This document shows, one piece after another, positions 9,985 to 21,600 of a stretch of 64,000 bases of DNA. A model generated the notes under the pieces. It was not told the DNA's origin. It did not search any database and worked only from the letters and a program-made list of their open reading frames with translations. This stretch comes from a virus. Taxonomy: Duplodnaviria > Heunggongvirae > Uroviricota > Caudoviricetes. Positions within the stretch are counted from its first letter, which is position 1. Each line of letters starts with the position of its first letter. The DNA is taken from IMG/VR virus record IMGVR_UViG_2654587772_000002, one strand, 5' to 3'. A program made the translations under genes and the position numbers.

Positions 9985-10974
9985 TCATTTTTCAGTTTCT
10001 TTACCTGCCGGAATATTGCCTTCCGGCGTTCCGTTAAATGTTTTTCGCCATTCACTGGGACTGACTCCCATCCGCTGCCGGAATATCTGCCGGAAAGTAA
10101 TGGTGGACTGAAAGCCTGCCAGTTCGGCAACCCGCTCCACTGCAATATCTGTACTTTCCAGCAGTTCCTGACTCCGCCGGAGACGCTCTGTGGTGATCCA
10201 CTCCCAGACCGTCATTCCTGTGGCCGAATGAAAATGGCGTGTAAGCGTTCTTCGGCTCATGGAGGCTAAATGGGCCAGAGTGTCAATATCATGTGGTAAT
10301 CCCAGATTTGCGGACAGGTATTCCAGCAGCTGGTTTATGCGGTTATCGGACGTACTTTTGGGAATAAGCAGTTGCCGGTACTGTGCCTGTCCGCCTTCCC
10401 GGTAAGGAGGAGCAACCATCCGGCGGGCTATTTGATTAGCCGTATATCTGCCCAGGCGTTGCCGGATCACATGGAGACAACAGTCCAGTGCTGCGGCTGT
10501 ACCGGCTGAGGTGATAATCCGCTCGTCCTCAACATAAAGCACGTTCACGTCCAGATGAACCGCCGGGAAAAGCATCTGGAAATCCCGTTCAGCCTCCCAG
10601 TGCGTGGCCGCCCGTTTACCATCCAGCAGACCGGTGTAAGCCAGAACAAAACTCCCCAGGCACAGGCCCACCACCTGAGCTCCATTTTTCCAGGCTGCAA
10701 CCAGGGCACTGAGCAGAGTTTCAGAAGGCCTTTCATGGATGTGTTTCCAGAAAGGAATAATAACGATATCGGCCTCTGCCAGTGCATCAAGCCCGTATTC
10801 TGCCCTCATCGCCGTACCTTCAGCAGACCAGATAAGCCCGGGCTCTTCCGCACATACCCGGCGGCTGAAGAGGGCCTTCCCTTCCAGTATCTCCCCGAAC
10901 AGGATTAATGGAACGGAGACATGAAATGTACTGAACCCTTCGGTGATCACTATAGCGACAGTGATGGTGGACAT
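9985..10974 (-). CDS. GlxA-family transcriptional regulator (DJ-1/PfpI N-domain + AraC-type HTH C-domain), 329 aa
   Basis: Domain architecture recognised in translation (C-terminal ...RRTLTRHFHSATGMTVWEWITTERLRRSQELLESTDIAVERVAELAGFQSTITFRQIFRQRMGVSPSEWRK). Confidence 0.75.
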   Translation of the reverse strand: MSTITVAIVITEGFSTFHVSVPLILFGEILEGKALFSRRVCAEEPGLIWSAEGTAMRAEYGLDALAEADIVIIPFWKHIHERPSETLLSALVAAWKNGAQVVGLCLGSFVLAYTGLLDGKRAATHWEAERDFQMLFPAVHLDVNVLYVEDERIITSAGTAAALDCCLHVIRQRLGRYTANQIARRMVAPPYREGGQAQYRQLLIPKSTSDNRINQLLEYLSANLGLPHDIDTLAHLASMSRRTLTRHFHSATGMTVWEWITTERLRRSQELLESTDIAVERVAELAGFQSTITFRQIFRQRMGVSPSEWRKTFNGTPEGNIPAGKETEK

Positions 10975-10989
10975 GCCATGGCCTCCGGG

Positions 10990-11766
10990 TTAAATCGTAA
11001 CTGATTCACCATCAGCAGGAGCGACAACTGACGCCTGGATCTGGTTATCGCGGGCATATTCCAGCAGTTCCTGACGGGTCAGCAGACAGTGGTTTACGGC
11101 CTCCATGTGCGTTGCCACAATCAGTGCCTCTGGTACGATACGATGGGCTTTCAGGACATCTTCCCTGCCGAAAATAATGGGGCCGAATCCGAGAACATGC
11201 GCCCAGCCCGTATTCATAATAACGACGCCAGGATTGAACCGACGTAAATTATCCTCTACAGCCTTGATCCAGATGGTATCCCCAACCAGATAGAGCGTTT
11301 TTTCGGACGGATGCTGGAAGACCACCCCACAGGCATCCCCAAGAATTGCTGCGAGTTGCGGGTTAGCATAGGCTTCGTCCGAACCATGCTGACAAACGGT
11401 TTTAATAAGTGAAATTTCGCCAAATGTGCTTTTGTCAGACAGAATAACAAGGTTGCTGAAGCCCTGGGAACGCAGGATCTTTTCATCATGTTCATTCTGA
11501 ACATAAATCAGTTTATCTTTCGGGATGTGCGCAACAGCCGCTTCATCCCAGTGGTCAGGGTGTGTGTGGGTGACAATAATGGCATCCACATCCAGCAGTA
11601 CATCAAGGTCAAAAGGCAGCTCAGTCATCGGGATGCGGATATCTGACCGGGCCGTTCCTTCGAATCCCGGATAGGCTTCTTTTTTCGCAAGCATCGGATC
11701 GACAAGAAATTTTTTACCAGCGTAAGAAATGAGTTGTGTGGCGTTACGTACCTGGATGATCTTCAT
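10990..11766 (-). CDS. MBL-fold metallo-hydrolase (258 aa) with HTHPDH metal-binding motif
   Basis: HxHxDH motif and overall MBL-like pattern in translation. Confidence 0.7.
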   Translation of the reverse strand: MKIIQVRNATQLISYAGKKFLVDPMLAKKEAYPGFEGTARSDIRIPMTELPFDLDVLLDVDAIIVTHTHPDHWDEAAVAHIPKDKLIYVQNEHDEKILRSQGFSNLVILSDKSTFGEISLIKTVCQHGSDEAYANPQLAAILGDACGVVFQHPSEKTLYLVGDTIWIKAVEDNLRRFNPGVVIMNTGWAHVLGFGPIIFGREDVLKAHRIVPEALIVATHMEAVNHCLLTRQELLEYARDNQIQASVVAPADGESVTI

Positions 11767-11981
11767 TTTAGCAAGTCCTGTATTGGTTAATAACCATCAG
11801 AGCCATATCATGATGGCCTAATGTGATAATTATGATTAAATCAGGCCTGCCTGCCACTGAAATAATGCCATATTTGGATGATATCAGGCCATTCTTCTGG
11901 CTCTCAGGTTTCAGGAATATGTCTGCTGAAAGCGGGTACAGATCTGACGCATTGAAGGGAAGTATCGTCCTTTAAGGCTTA

Positions 11982-12371
11982 TTGATGTCAGCCAGTACAA
12001 AAAATCATCTTAACGTACAATATCTTCCGTTTCCCAAACGGAGCCCACCAACGACGGAGGAACGGCGCATCGCCAATGCTCTTGGCGCTCTCCCCTGCAT
12101 TGCCTGCTATATGCCTGGAGTAATATCTAATGAGGTGTCTCTGAACCATATCGCCGGTCGTACCGCGCCGGGTTGTCACAAAAAGCAATTGCCACTTTGT
12201 AGATGGCACCACCAGCATGCAGCACCGGCTGAAGTAAGAGAAAAATACCCCTGGCTGGTCCCTGTTCATGCCGATGGTGTGGTTGGAGGCAAGAAAGAAT
12301 TCACCTTGCTGAACAAGTCAGAGATGGAGTTGCTGGCTGACGCCTATGAAATGGCAAACGTCATGCACTAA
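11982..12371 (+). CDS. HNH-type nuclease-like protein, possibly Ref (recombination enhancement) homolog lacking the N-terminal region
   Basis: Cys/His cluster (CIACYMPG...SLNHIAG...CHKK...CRWHHQH); position before mat as P1 ref; shorter than P1 Ref as I recall it. Confidence 0.4.
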   Translation: MMSASTKNHLNVQYLPFPKRSPPTTEERRIANALGALPCIACYMPGVISNEVSLNHIAGRTAPGCHKKQLPLCRWHHQHAAPAEVREKYPWLVPVHADGVVGGKKEFTLLNKSEMELLADAYEMANVMH

Positions 12372-12560
12372 TAAATATATTATTTTTAATCTTAAATGAT
12401 TGACAACTGACAAGTGACTTGAGTCAGAATCATCACACGCCCGGTACGGATGGATCCCTTTTCAAATATTCCATGGACGGCACAGTCTGAGTACCGGGCG
12501 CTACCTTCTGTTGTATTGCTAAGCCGCCGCTGGTGGCTTTTCTTTTTTATAGGGGGCGAT

Positions 12561-13205
12561 ATGGATAAGAAAATATGCGTTGTTTCGATGAGCGTCGGTA
12601 AACCGGCGTCAATGACTGCTGCATGGATCAACAACGAGCTGATAATGGCTGAGCGGACCAGCTACCCTGAACGCCGCCGCGATATGGAACTCCAGCTGCT
12701 GCGCGAATTGCGAGAAAAAGAGGAAAAGGGTTTTATCGTGCTGGTGGAAGAGGAAAACAGCTTTATTACCGGTCGAGTTGGCCAGCGTGTAAGGTTGCGC
12801 GATCCCTTCATGAACGGCAGGCCGGTACTAATTGAAGCAATGCAGATTTACAAGGAGCTGGAACGCCAGAAAGCGATCAAGTTACCGCGCAAGGAATCCG
12901 GCAAATACATCCTCCACCAAAGCATCTTCGATTCCGAACACGATAAAAAAGGCGATGAGTTTTTCAACATCAACTGGAGCGAAATAACGACAGAGCATGT
13001 TCTGACGTTGTTATGCTGCTTCGCAACAGAATACAACAACGTGGTAAGCGCAGACTACATCAGGACAATGACAGACACCGTTACTAAACAAGACAACGAA
13101 TATTCACCATATGAGCCATTTGTAAATATGATAAAAGCATTTTATCGGATGGAGCTCGCTAAAGTTCCTCAAGGTAAATTAACAGGTAAGGATAACATCT
13201 TTTAA
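12561..13205 (+). CDS. Mat-like particle maturation protein (position-based); ORF track extends to 12450 but ATG 12561 has strong SD AGGGGG
   Basis: Synteny with P1 mat; SD-ATG spacing. Confidence 0.45.
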   Translation: MDKKICVVSMSVGKPASMTAAWINNELIMAERTSYPERRRDMELQLLRELREKEEKGFIVLVEEENSFITGRVGQRVRLRDPFMNGRPVLIEAMQIYKELERQKAIKLPRKESGKYILHQSIFDSEHDKKGDEFFNINWSEITTEHVLTLLCCFATEYNNVVSADYIRTMTDTVTKQDNEYSPYEPFVNMIKAFYRMELAKVPQGKLTGKDNIF

Positions 13206-13258
13206 GCACAGTAATGAGGTGCTTAGATGTTAATATCAATATCCTAACTCTCTGCATC

Positions 13259-13948
13259 TCATAAATCTGATAGCCACTTACTATCTATGGACTCAATCTC
13301 CGTCAGCGGAATTGATGGGAAAAAATATCCCTGAGCGCCCCATAGCCCTATTCCTTTTGATAACTTATGACAATCAATGTTTTCGACGCCTTCAGCGATG
13401 ATATTCGGACATAACTTTTTTAAATTGCTAATAATGACATCAAAATGAGGCTTAATCATATGCTCTTGAAAAAATGACTTATCAAGTTTTATTGCATGGT
13501 ATTTATTTTTAATTAATGCTTTCATGGTGGCGTTACCACTTCCAAAATCATCAAGCCAAACATAGTCTGTCAAAGTCAGGAGAAAGGGTATAACGTAATC
13601 CTCATCGCTTAAATCAGGGTAGTTTTCTGATATCTCAAGAACTATAAATTTATTGTTTTTAATTAACTCTTGAGTTTGTTTATTACTGTATATATATATA
13701 CATGTATCATAATCTACATTAATAGAACATAGTATATTATGGCGTTCAAAAAAACACTTGTATTTCATTATTGTGTTAAGTTGTGATTTAAGTAAATTAA
13801 TCTTCATCTTATTGGTAAACATACCCAATACTCTTTGAGTAGGAAGAGCGACACCATCTTTGGAGCGAAATCTGCTTAACACTTCTACTGCAATCAACTT
13901 GTTCGTGCTCGTAGAAATGATTGGTTCTGCAATGTAGATAACTTCCAT
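13259..13948 (-). CDS. Stand-alone EAL-domain protein (229 aa), YdiV/PdeH-like, catalytic motifs apparently conserved
   Basis: Motifs EVL, EISEN, DDFGSG, KLDKSF, EGVEN, QGYFF in EAL order; strong SD GAGGGTGG upstream; very AT-rich. Confidence 0.7.
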   Translation of the reverse strand: MEVIYIAEPIISTSTNKLIAVEVLSRFRSKDGVALPTQRVLGMFTNKMKINLLKSQLNTIMKYKCFFERHNILCSINVDYDTCIYIYSNKQTQELIKNNKFIVLEISENYPDLSDEDYVIPFLLTLTDYVWLDDFGSGNATMKALIKNKYHAIKLDKSFFQEHMIKPHFDVIISNLKKLCPNIIAEGVENIDCHKLSKGIGLWGAQGYFFPSIPLTEIESIDSKWLSDL

Positions 13949-14184
13949 ATCCCCACCCTCAAGTTTTAAATTGCTTGATTTTGCTCAGATAACGAGCCCC
14001 CTATATTTACAAGAGTTACACTCTACTTTTGTAGATTAAATGTCAATTTATTTGTTTGTGATAATATTGAAAAATATCAATTAAAACAATCAAAAAATGT
14101 GACATAAATCAATAATTTTATTTTTACACAACTTCTTGATTTCTGAGCCTAGCTATCTCTATTCTTATTCAAAGCCTCTTTAGA

Positions 14185-14919
14185 ATGGTGGTGGCCATGT
14201 CAGCAGTTTGTTACTTCATACTCATAAAGAAACCTATAAGCTTTCAATTTCTTAAGGATTTCTTAATATTAAATTATGGTGATGTGTTGTTGCTTAAGCA
14301 TTCTGAGCATGAATGCTTAAAAATCTATTCAGACAAATATATAGAATTCGAACTCAATGATAATACCGTAAGAAACTATTTATCATGCAACAACAACCAT
14401 GGAAACCAATCGCTGGATAAGTGTCCGCATTTGCTAAAAAAGTCTTTTGCCTATCCTGATTTATTAATCAGGATGATCGATAATATAAGCGATCAAAATC
14501 ATATCCATTCTGATTTTAGGGAGGCAGTAACTTTTTCATTACTCTCAATTTTTAATGATGTTGATAACTTTAGAGCATTTCTTACGTCTGGTATGCCCAC
14601 TTTCTCAGGGAAAGTGCGCAGCATATTTCTTTCAGATGTATCTAAACACTGGAAACTAAGAGACCTAACCGATTATCTCTACATGAGTGAAAGCTTAATA
14701 AAGAAAAAACTATTATTGGAAAACACCTCCTTCAGTAAGTTATTACTTGATACACGGATGGCTTTTGCTATTAAATTACTAAAGCAAAATCATCCAGTCA
14801 AACAAGTATCAGAAAGCTGTGGCTTTAGTAGTACATCGTACTTTGTGTGCCTGTTCAGGCAATATTATAATTGCACGCCACGTGAATATGCAAAACATCA
14901 ATTATTATCTGGAAAATAA
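14185..14919 (+). CDS. AraC-family transcriptional regulator, AppY/EnvY/GadX-like (244 aa)
   Basis: C-terminal HTH region WKLRDLTDYLYMSESLIKKKLLLENTSFSKLLLDTRMAFAIKLLKQ...GFSSTSYFVCLFRQYYNCTPREY closely resembles E. coli AppY. Confidence 0.75.
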   Translation: MVVAMSAVCYFILIKKPISFQFLKDFLILNYGDVLLLKHSEHECLKIYSDKYIEFELNDNTVRNYLSCNNNHGNQSLDKCPHLLKKSFAYPDLLIRMIDNISDQNHIHSDFREAVTFSLLSIFNDVDNFRAFLTSGMPTFSGKVRSIFLSDVSKHWKLRDLTDYLYMSESLIKKKLLLENTSFSKLLLDTRMAFAIKLLKQNHPVKQVSESCGFSSTSYFVCLFRQYYNCTPREYAKHQLLSGK

Positions 14920-14957
14920 GATGCATTTATCTCCCAGATAATATTGTAATATTAAAC

Positions 14958-15206
14958 TCAGTCAGCATTTAGTAGCAGAGCATTATCTATGATGATCTGC
15001 TCCCATTCTTCGAATGCCCGGTCACGGACGCCCTGGGGAACACTGTTTGTTTTGAAATCAACGACTGTCCGCCATTTCCCGTCCGGACGGTACATGCGCA
15101 GAGCTTTACTTCCCCCTTCCCTACGCACCTCAACGTTATGCTTGTCAGCAAACTCTTGTAATGCTCGTAGCGTCCCATGCTTTACTGTGTAGTATCGCTT
15201 TTTCAA
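14958..15206 (-). CDS. lxc: Lxc/Bof-like C1 co-repressor (82 aa)
   Basis: 82-aa ORF immediately downstream of ulx-darB as in P1; assigned by size and synteny. Confidence 0.55.
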   Translation of the reverse strand: MKKRYYTVKHGTLRALQEFADKHNVEVRREGGSKALRMYRPDGKWRTVVDFKTNSVPQGVRDRAFEEWEQIIIDNALLLNAD

Positions 15207-15643
15207 GTTTTCTCTCCAGCCTGTGCCAAGGCTTCAACTTCCAAATCGTAAGACTCAAACTCATAGTCCTGGTCGTCAACTTCTTCAGGCACTGGCAGTA
15301 AATGCCAGGCTGAGTATATCTGACCATTATCAAAACGCTCCTGGCTGTAGAGCGTCGCAGCTATGAGCGTCAGCGCCGGGCGGTCATAACGGTAAATTTT
15401 GCGAACGTCACGGTCAACGAGACGACCGAAATTACCATAACCGCGCTCCAGTAATAATTTTTTAATTTCCGGCCAGTATGGGCCATAGCTGCGGTACAGG
15501 CGGGGATTTTTCAGTAATCGCCCGCGTAGCCCTGACAGGAAGAAATCAACGTATTCGTCTTCTGTCTTTCCTAACAACGCTGTACGGAGTACCGCCTCAA
15601 GATATGTTTTATTCGGTTTTATTGTATCAGATAGTGTGGCCAT
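15203..15643 (-). CDS. Ulx-like protein (146 aa), darB-associated
   Basis: Coupled (4-nt overlap) to lxc, downstream of darB. Confidence 0.5.
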   Translation of the reverse strand: MATLSDTIKPNKTYLEAVLRTALLGKTEDEYVDFFLSGLRGRLLKNPRLYRSYGPYWPEIKKLLLERGYGNFGRLVDRDVRKIYRYDRPALTLIAATLYSQERFDNGQIYSAWHLLPVPEEVDDQDYEFESYDLEVEALAQAGEKT

Positions 15644-15676
15644 ATTATGCGACGCCCGGCGAACCGGGCGCTCCTG

Positions 15677-18600
15677 TTATGCGTATTGTTGGATGACGGC
15701 CAGAACGTCCGCCACGTTGTGTTTTGTCTCGATAATCCACCAGTTACCCGGGAAATCGCTGTTCTTCGCCTTCGCTGGCAGCCAGCGAGCGCCGAATTTC
15801 GCCTTGATTGCGTCTTTCGCACGGAAAAGAACGCCTTTCATGCCTGAGGCTTCCTGAAGCCCAAATACCTCGCCAGCGGCGAATTTTGGTGCGTACATCA
15901 TCTTCAGGTCGGCGGTGGATACGCGATAATTCAGACCTAGAGACTGAGCTATGCTGGTGGCATCACCCTGTATTGATGATAACTCTTCTTGTTTCTCGTT
16001 TCTGGCGGCAATCTCTTCCTCCGTGATGTTGCCAAGGGCCAGGTTTATCCGATCAGCGTCGGCCTGTTTCTCTTCATCGGTGCGCCCGGCAAGAACCGTG
16101 TTAATTCTCTGCAATATCTCCACATGATTCTTGCGCATGCTGAGCAATTCCGGCGTAACCTCGTTAAGATCCACCAGCCCAAGGATGGCAAGGTCGGAAA
16201 ACATTGATACCAGGTTGTAGGTCATGCGATAGCTGAGTTGACCATAGGCTGATGGCAACTTCACCGCATCCATTTGATAGGCATCCATAAATTTAGAGCC
16301 GTCGTTTACGACATCCGCTATTGCAGGTGTGATTTTCCCTGTGGTGGCGGCCTCCCTGATTGCTGTTACCCACGATTGAGTCAGCGCGGCGACTGCATGA
16401 TTCAGATTGGCTTCCCGTTCTGCTGCGATGCGCGCGCTTGCTGCGTCCATTGCCTGCTTGATCTCGGCTTTATTGCTGTAAATGCCAATGGTGCCAAACT
16501 GTGCTGTGGTGATCTCATAATCTGACGCCCGGAACTCATTGGTACCGAAAATGGCATTGGTGACTTCAAGTTCAGAATCCCCGTTACGAGTAGCCCCCTG
16601 GCTTGTTTTTTCCGGCATTCTGGCGATCGCATCCGCTATTTTCTCCTGAATTGCTTCAGGGGATAGCGTATCTCCGTATGACGCGATTACATCGCCATAA
16701 TTGGAGCCAAACAATTCAACCAGGAATGTTTCTGCCGAACGGATCTGGCGGTTATTCCCTTCCGACATCATACCAAGCACCCATTTTGCAATTGACGACT
16801 TCAGCGCGACGTCACGGCGATCCGGGTAAACCGCATGCTTCAGTGGGTCCGTATAGGTACCAACAAAATCAATGCTATAGCCTGACTCTGTAGTCTGAAC
16901 GCCGTATGAGTCAGTGATTTTGATCATGCCGCGCTGCTGGAAACGGTAGAAATCGTCACAGGAAATGATGTCGTTAATCCCGGCGATGGAGACGCCGCCA
17001 CTGATTTTCTGCATAACAGCATCTTCATCGGGAGTTACATCAACCTGTTTATCCAGCGTCTTCACATCCCAGTTACCCGATTTGGTACCTTTGAAGGTAA
17101 AGATAATCTCCACGTCTGCGCGCAGGCTGTCGAAGTCCAGCGACTTAATGCGAACGATATCACCGGCACAATCGTAGTATTGGCCTACACGCCATGAGCG
17201 ATCGCCGATAATAAGGAACTCACTCGCATGGTTAACCAGGTCAGGATCAACATCCAGAATGCCTTTATTTATTGCATCCTCCACCAGCGGGCGCAGGCGT
17301 TTGATATCCGTCGCGGCCTTCTGAGTACGGTTCAATAATTTCTCATAGCGGGAGATGGCTTGAGAGATATTAGCCTTGCGCTGAATGGCGCTTTTCAACG
17401 ACGCGCGATACTGTGCTAACAACGTACGGTCTGTGTGATGGACGCTACCCCAGCGGGCTTTCCAGTCTGCGTTATCAGCTGCTTTGGCCATTACCGCCTG
17501 TTTGAATTTGGCGACGTCGGCGGTGGTCTTTTCAAGTTCCGCTTTGCTTCGCTCTAATTCAGCGGTAAGCACCTCCACATCCTCACCAGCTGCGTGCTGC
17601 GCCTTGATGTAGTTCTGAAGGTCGATAGTAGCCTGTTCTTTCTGGCGAGCGCGTTGCGCGGCTTTCGCCTTATCCATTTGAACCTGCATCATTGCCAGAC
17701 GTTCGCCATCATCCTTAGCGGTATACATCTGCATTTCGATCATATCGTTGGCGTCGGCGTTCTCCATTTCTGACTTATCTGAACGGAGGATATCGGAGAT
17801 CCAACCTGCTTTACGCTTCAGCGTCTTCAGTCGGTATTCATCGAAAGAACCCTTGCCGCAGTAGTAGTGAACGCGAACGCTTGCACGGTTGGAACCAACT
17901 CGGGCACCGCGACCGTTACGCTGTGCGATACTGGCTGGTGTCCATGGCAACGTCAGATGATGGATGTCAGTCGTTCCTCGATGCAGGTTGATACCCACCT
18001 CTGCCTTTTTGTTGCAGATGATGATCGGAGTCCGGCCCTCCTGGAAGTCGGCTGCAATCTTTTCCAGACCGCCCAACGACATTTCATTTTGCTGCGCGAT
18101 ATAGGCGTCATACAGAGCTATTTGCTCGTTGTATTTCGCTATCTGTGCATCTGTTGGTTCATCCGGTAACTCTTTCGGCGGTTTAACCGCTTTCAGTTTC
18201 TTACCGGTTTTACCTGCCTCGGCAACCGTCTGAGCATTCAGGATCCCCACCTTTGAAGGTTCAAGGTTAAGAGCATTGCAGATAATGCGCTTGAGCTTCT
18301 GGTGTTGCGTTTTTTCATCGGTGAAGATGATTTGCTTACCTTCTGGGAAAAACTCCTTCAGCGTGGCAATCAGCTTCGCGTATTTGGGCGTAACGGGGTG
18401 AGTTACGGTCTGTTCGTCAATGCCAAACTTGGCCAGGCGCTTATTCACTTCCTGCTCAAATGCTTCCGGTACCTGCAACTGAATAAACTCGCCCTTATCT
18501 ATCAGGGAGTATTGCGATTGCTGCGTGATTGAATCATCACTGTCGTCGTCTTCGCTGGTGGCTTGTTTGGGCAAACTGTCCGCCAGCTGCTGCACCGCAT

Positions 18601-21600
18601 CGGCGTACTCCGGCAGGAAACGATAGGTGATCCGGCGATAGTACAGGTCCATGTCAGTACATACGCGGTCCATATCCCTGATTATTGAGAAGATCGGACG
18701 GGCTTTCTCGTGCTCAATCACGCCGTCTTCATTGACCGAGGTCATTACGCCATTGTTGGCTTTGGCCGCCGCTTCCGCCTGCTGACGCAATTCTTCATAC
18801 GCCGCCAGTTGTTCTTCAGTAAGTGGTGCATCCTGCTGGTGTTCGTCCAGCTCCGGGATCTCCACGGTATCCTTAACGTCTTCCGCCGTTTTAAGCGTTA
18901 CCCAGCGATGGAATATACCGCGCAGCGCATCAAGGTTTTCAAAGCCCACCAGCGCCATTTTTTCTTCAACTTCACCGCTGATTTTCTGTACCGTTTCCAG
19001 CCTGGTCTTGCCGAAGAATTTAACGAAGTCATCAGGACCGTAGATCCCCATCTTCTGCCAGTATTCCTTCGGCAGAACATGAGAAAGCATGTTGTATGCA
19101 TCGATCGGGGTGTTAACGACTGGCGTTGCAGTCAGGAGAACCGGCCCGCGCCCGCCATTCTTTTTCATCAGGTACGCGTTTTTAATTGCCATATCTCGCG
19201 CCGATTGCGCCACCGCGCTGGTGGGCAGATAGGCCAGCTGTGACGCTTCGCGACCATTTTTATAGCTATTGCGGTAGTTGTGGCCTTCGTCAGCAATCAC
19301 GCTGTCGAAGCCCATATCCTCAAAGTACGGATACTTCTCTGCTTTTTCGGTACCGGTATCTGAATACTCCGACAATACCCGGCGACGCGCCGCCTCTTTG
19401 CGATGGGAATCGGAGTCCATTGCGCTGGCCACACGCCTGGCAGCAACGAAGTCATAAAGCATGTCTTGTGCATGCTCATCTACGGTGTCATCACGTAGCG
19501 GAATGCGGGCGTATTGTTCTTTGGTAAACACGACTGCACGGTAGTTTGAGTGCGGGATCGCGTTCATCCGCGCCGTGATAGTGGCTTCATCTGCCAGTTT
19601 AAGGGCATCGCGCATAACGGGAGTGCCATCTGCACCAACGACAGGTTTACCGTTCTCATCGAGCACCGGCACCTGGCGAATCTGATCGCCATCCATCAGC
19701 ACATCAAGACCGACGAACAGGTAGTTACTGAATGCCTCTTCACTCAGGAACTCTTTTGCTTCGTAATACCAGTTTTCCAGCACTGCTTTAGGCACTACAT
19801 AAGCAGTACGGGTGGAGCGACCGTTCTCATAGTTGAACGCCTCAAGCGCCAGCGCGGTCGTCGTTTTACCCAGCCCGGTGCCGAAGCCCAGGATGCCGCG
19901 CCCATCTTCGGACAGTCGGCGCACCTCGCTATTCTGGTAATCAAATGGCTGGCGCTTACCGCTTAATCCCTTCAACCCAAGCGGATCGCCAGAGTGTTCA
20001 TACGGGATATTGCTATTGAACACATCGTTGTATTTGGCAACCAACTCATCGTAGCGATCGTGCGTCTTGATCCACTTATTGAACTGGTCCTCAAGCAGTG
20101 CCATCTGCTCGCGGTAGCCGTTCGCCGTCGCGCTATCTTTGCCACCGATACGCGCACCATTGAGATACTTTTCCAGCTGTGCCGGGAACCCGGTCGCGTT
20201 TTCACCTGATTTACGGTCCCACTCGTAGCGGATCTCGCCTGTTTCTTTATCCTTGCGCTGGACGACACCGTATCGGTGCCCTACGAACAGGCCATCACCA
20301 CCGTGATAGGTGTCAGAAACCATTTCGTCGCCTTCCAGCTGCACTGACTGCACATAGCGCAGATCCGGATAGCCGTTTTCCTGCAAAAATTCCAGAATGA
20401 CGGAACGGTCGAACCAACGGCTATTGAGCTTAAACCGGATATTCTCTGCTGGCGTCTTGATGCGCTTCTCTTCGATCGCTGCCAGCTGATTAAGGACGTT
20501 GTTCTTTACTGGACCGTCGGGGAGCGTGGCGAGGAATTCCTGTTTTGGAGCCACTATCTCGTTAATGTCGCCGCTGGTGGCGCGGGCAAACGGAACAATC
20601 CCGCCATACGGTGAAACCGCAATACCAGGGGTGCTGGCCAATAAATTAAGCAACTCGTCATCACTGGCTGGCAGTTCGCCGGTAAACGCAAGGCGGAAAT
20701 CATCGAGCTGGATTGGATCGCGGGTAAGATCGCTATAGAGATAACGCAGGGTGTCCTGATAGCTGTTGGAGTCATAACTGGCGCTGGAGTCATGCGTAAC
20801 CAGCTTTCCTGTCAGCTCGTCTGAAATAGAGCCATCCAGCTTAATCGCACCACGGAAAGCAAACCAGGCGCGCGCACCGCTCCCCGACAATTTCGCTATA
20901 GGACCGCGACCAGGATTACCAAAGCGGTCAATCTCTGCCTGCAAACGGGATACCAGAGAAAGGCGCTGCTGTTCGATTTGTTCAGCACTATGCCCGGCGG
21001 CCTTCATATCCTGATATTCAATTAACATCCGGCCAATCATCGCCCCGCGATACAAGCGTTCACGGTATTTTTCAGGCTGGCTGTTAATCCAGTCCACCAG
21101 CTGCACCATATCGTCGCTGATTGATGTGGTGTACTTATCGCGGACATTTGCCATCTGGGTAAATGTCATGCCGAGACGGCCTTCTGTTGTAGTCAGGTTA
21201 CGCTGAAGAGCCTCCCAGCTATCCGCGCCATAACTGGCAGCATCGATCTTAAGTTCCTTCCCGGCATCAGCTTCAATCCAGCGACCACCAGCATATTTTT
21301 GCCATACGCCATTAATCAGGCGCATTTCCCCTTCACCAACAACGTCTGCGGTCGGTGACGGTTCAGCCATATCGAGCAAAGACCAGTCGATACGGCTTTC
21401 GAAACGATGAATCAGCTTCGCTTTAAGAGCCTGGTTATCAATCTGACCGTCGGCACGAACCTCAATACGCCCCTGGAAGCCCTTTTCCTGGGTGCCATGA
21501 ACAAACCGGCGGCCATCCTTTTCAAACCACTTGCCAGAAATAAACGTTGGCCAAAGCACATTTGCCGATTCAAGAGTGCTTTCATCCACCAGGGGGATTT

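Noticed and set aside
12450-12560. N-terminal extension of the mat-like ORF
   Set aside because: Hydrophobic low-complexity translation; strong SD precedes ATG at 12561
18710-19243. 177-aa and similar ORFs antisense within darB (also 16274-16525, 19550-19966, 21407-21724)
   Set aside because: Embedded in the 2255-aa darB ORF on the opposite strand; no signals or domain features
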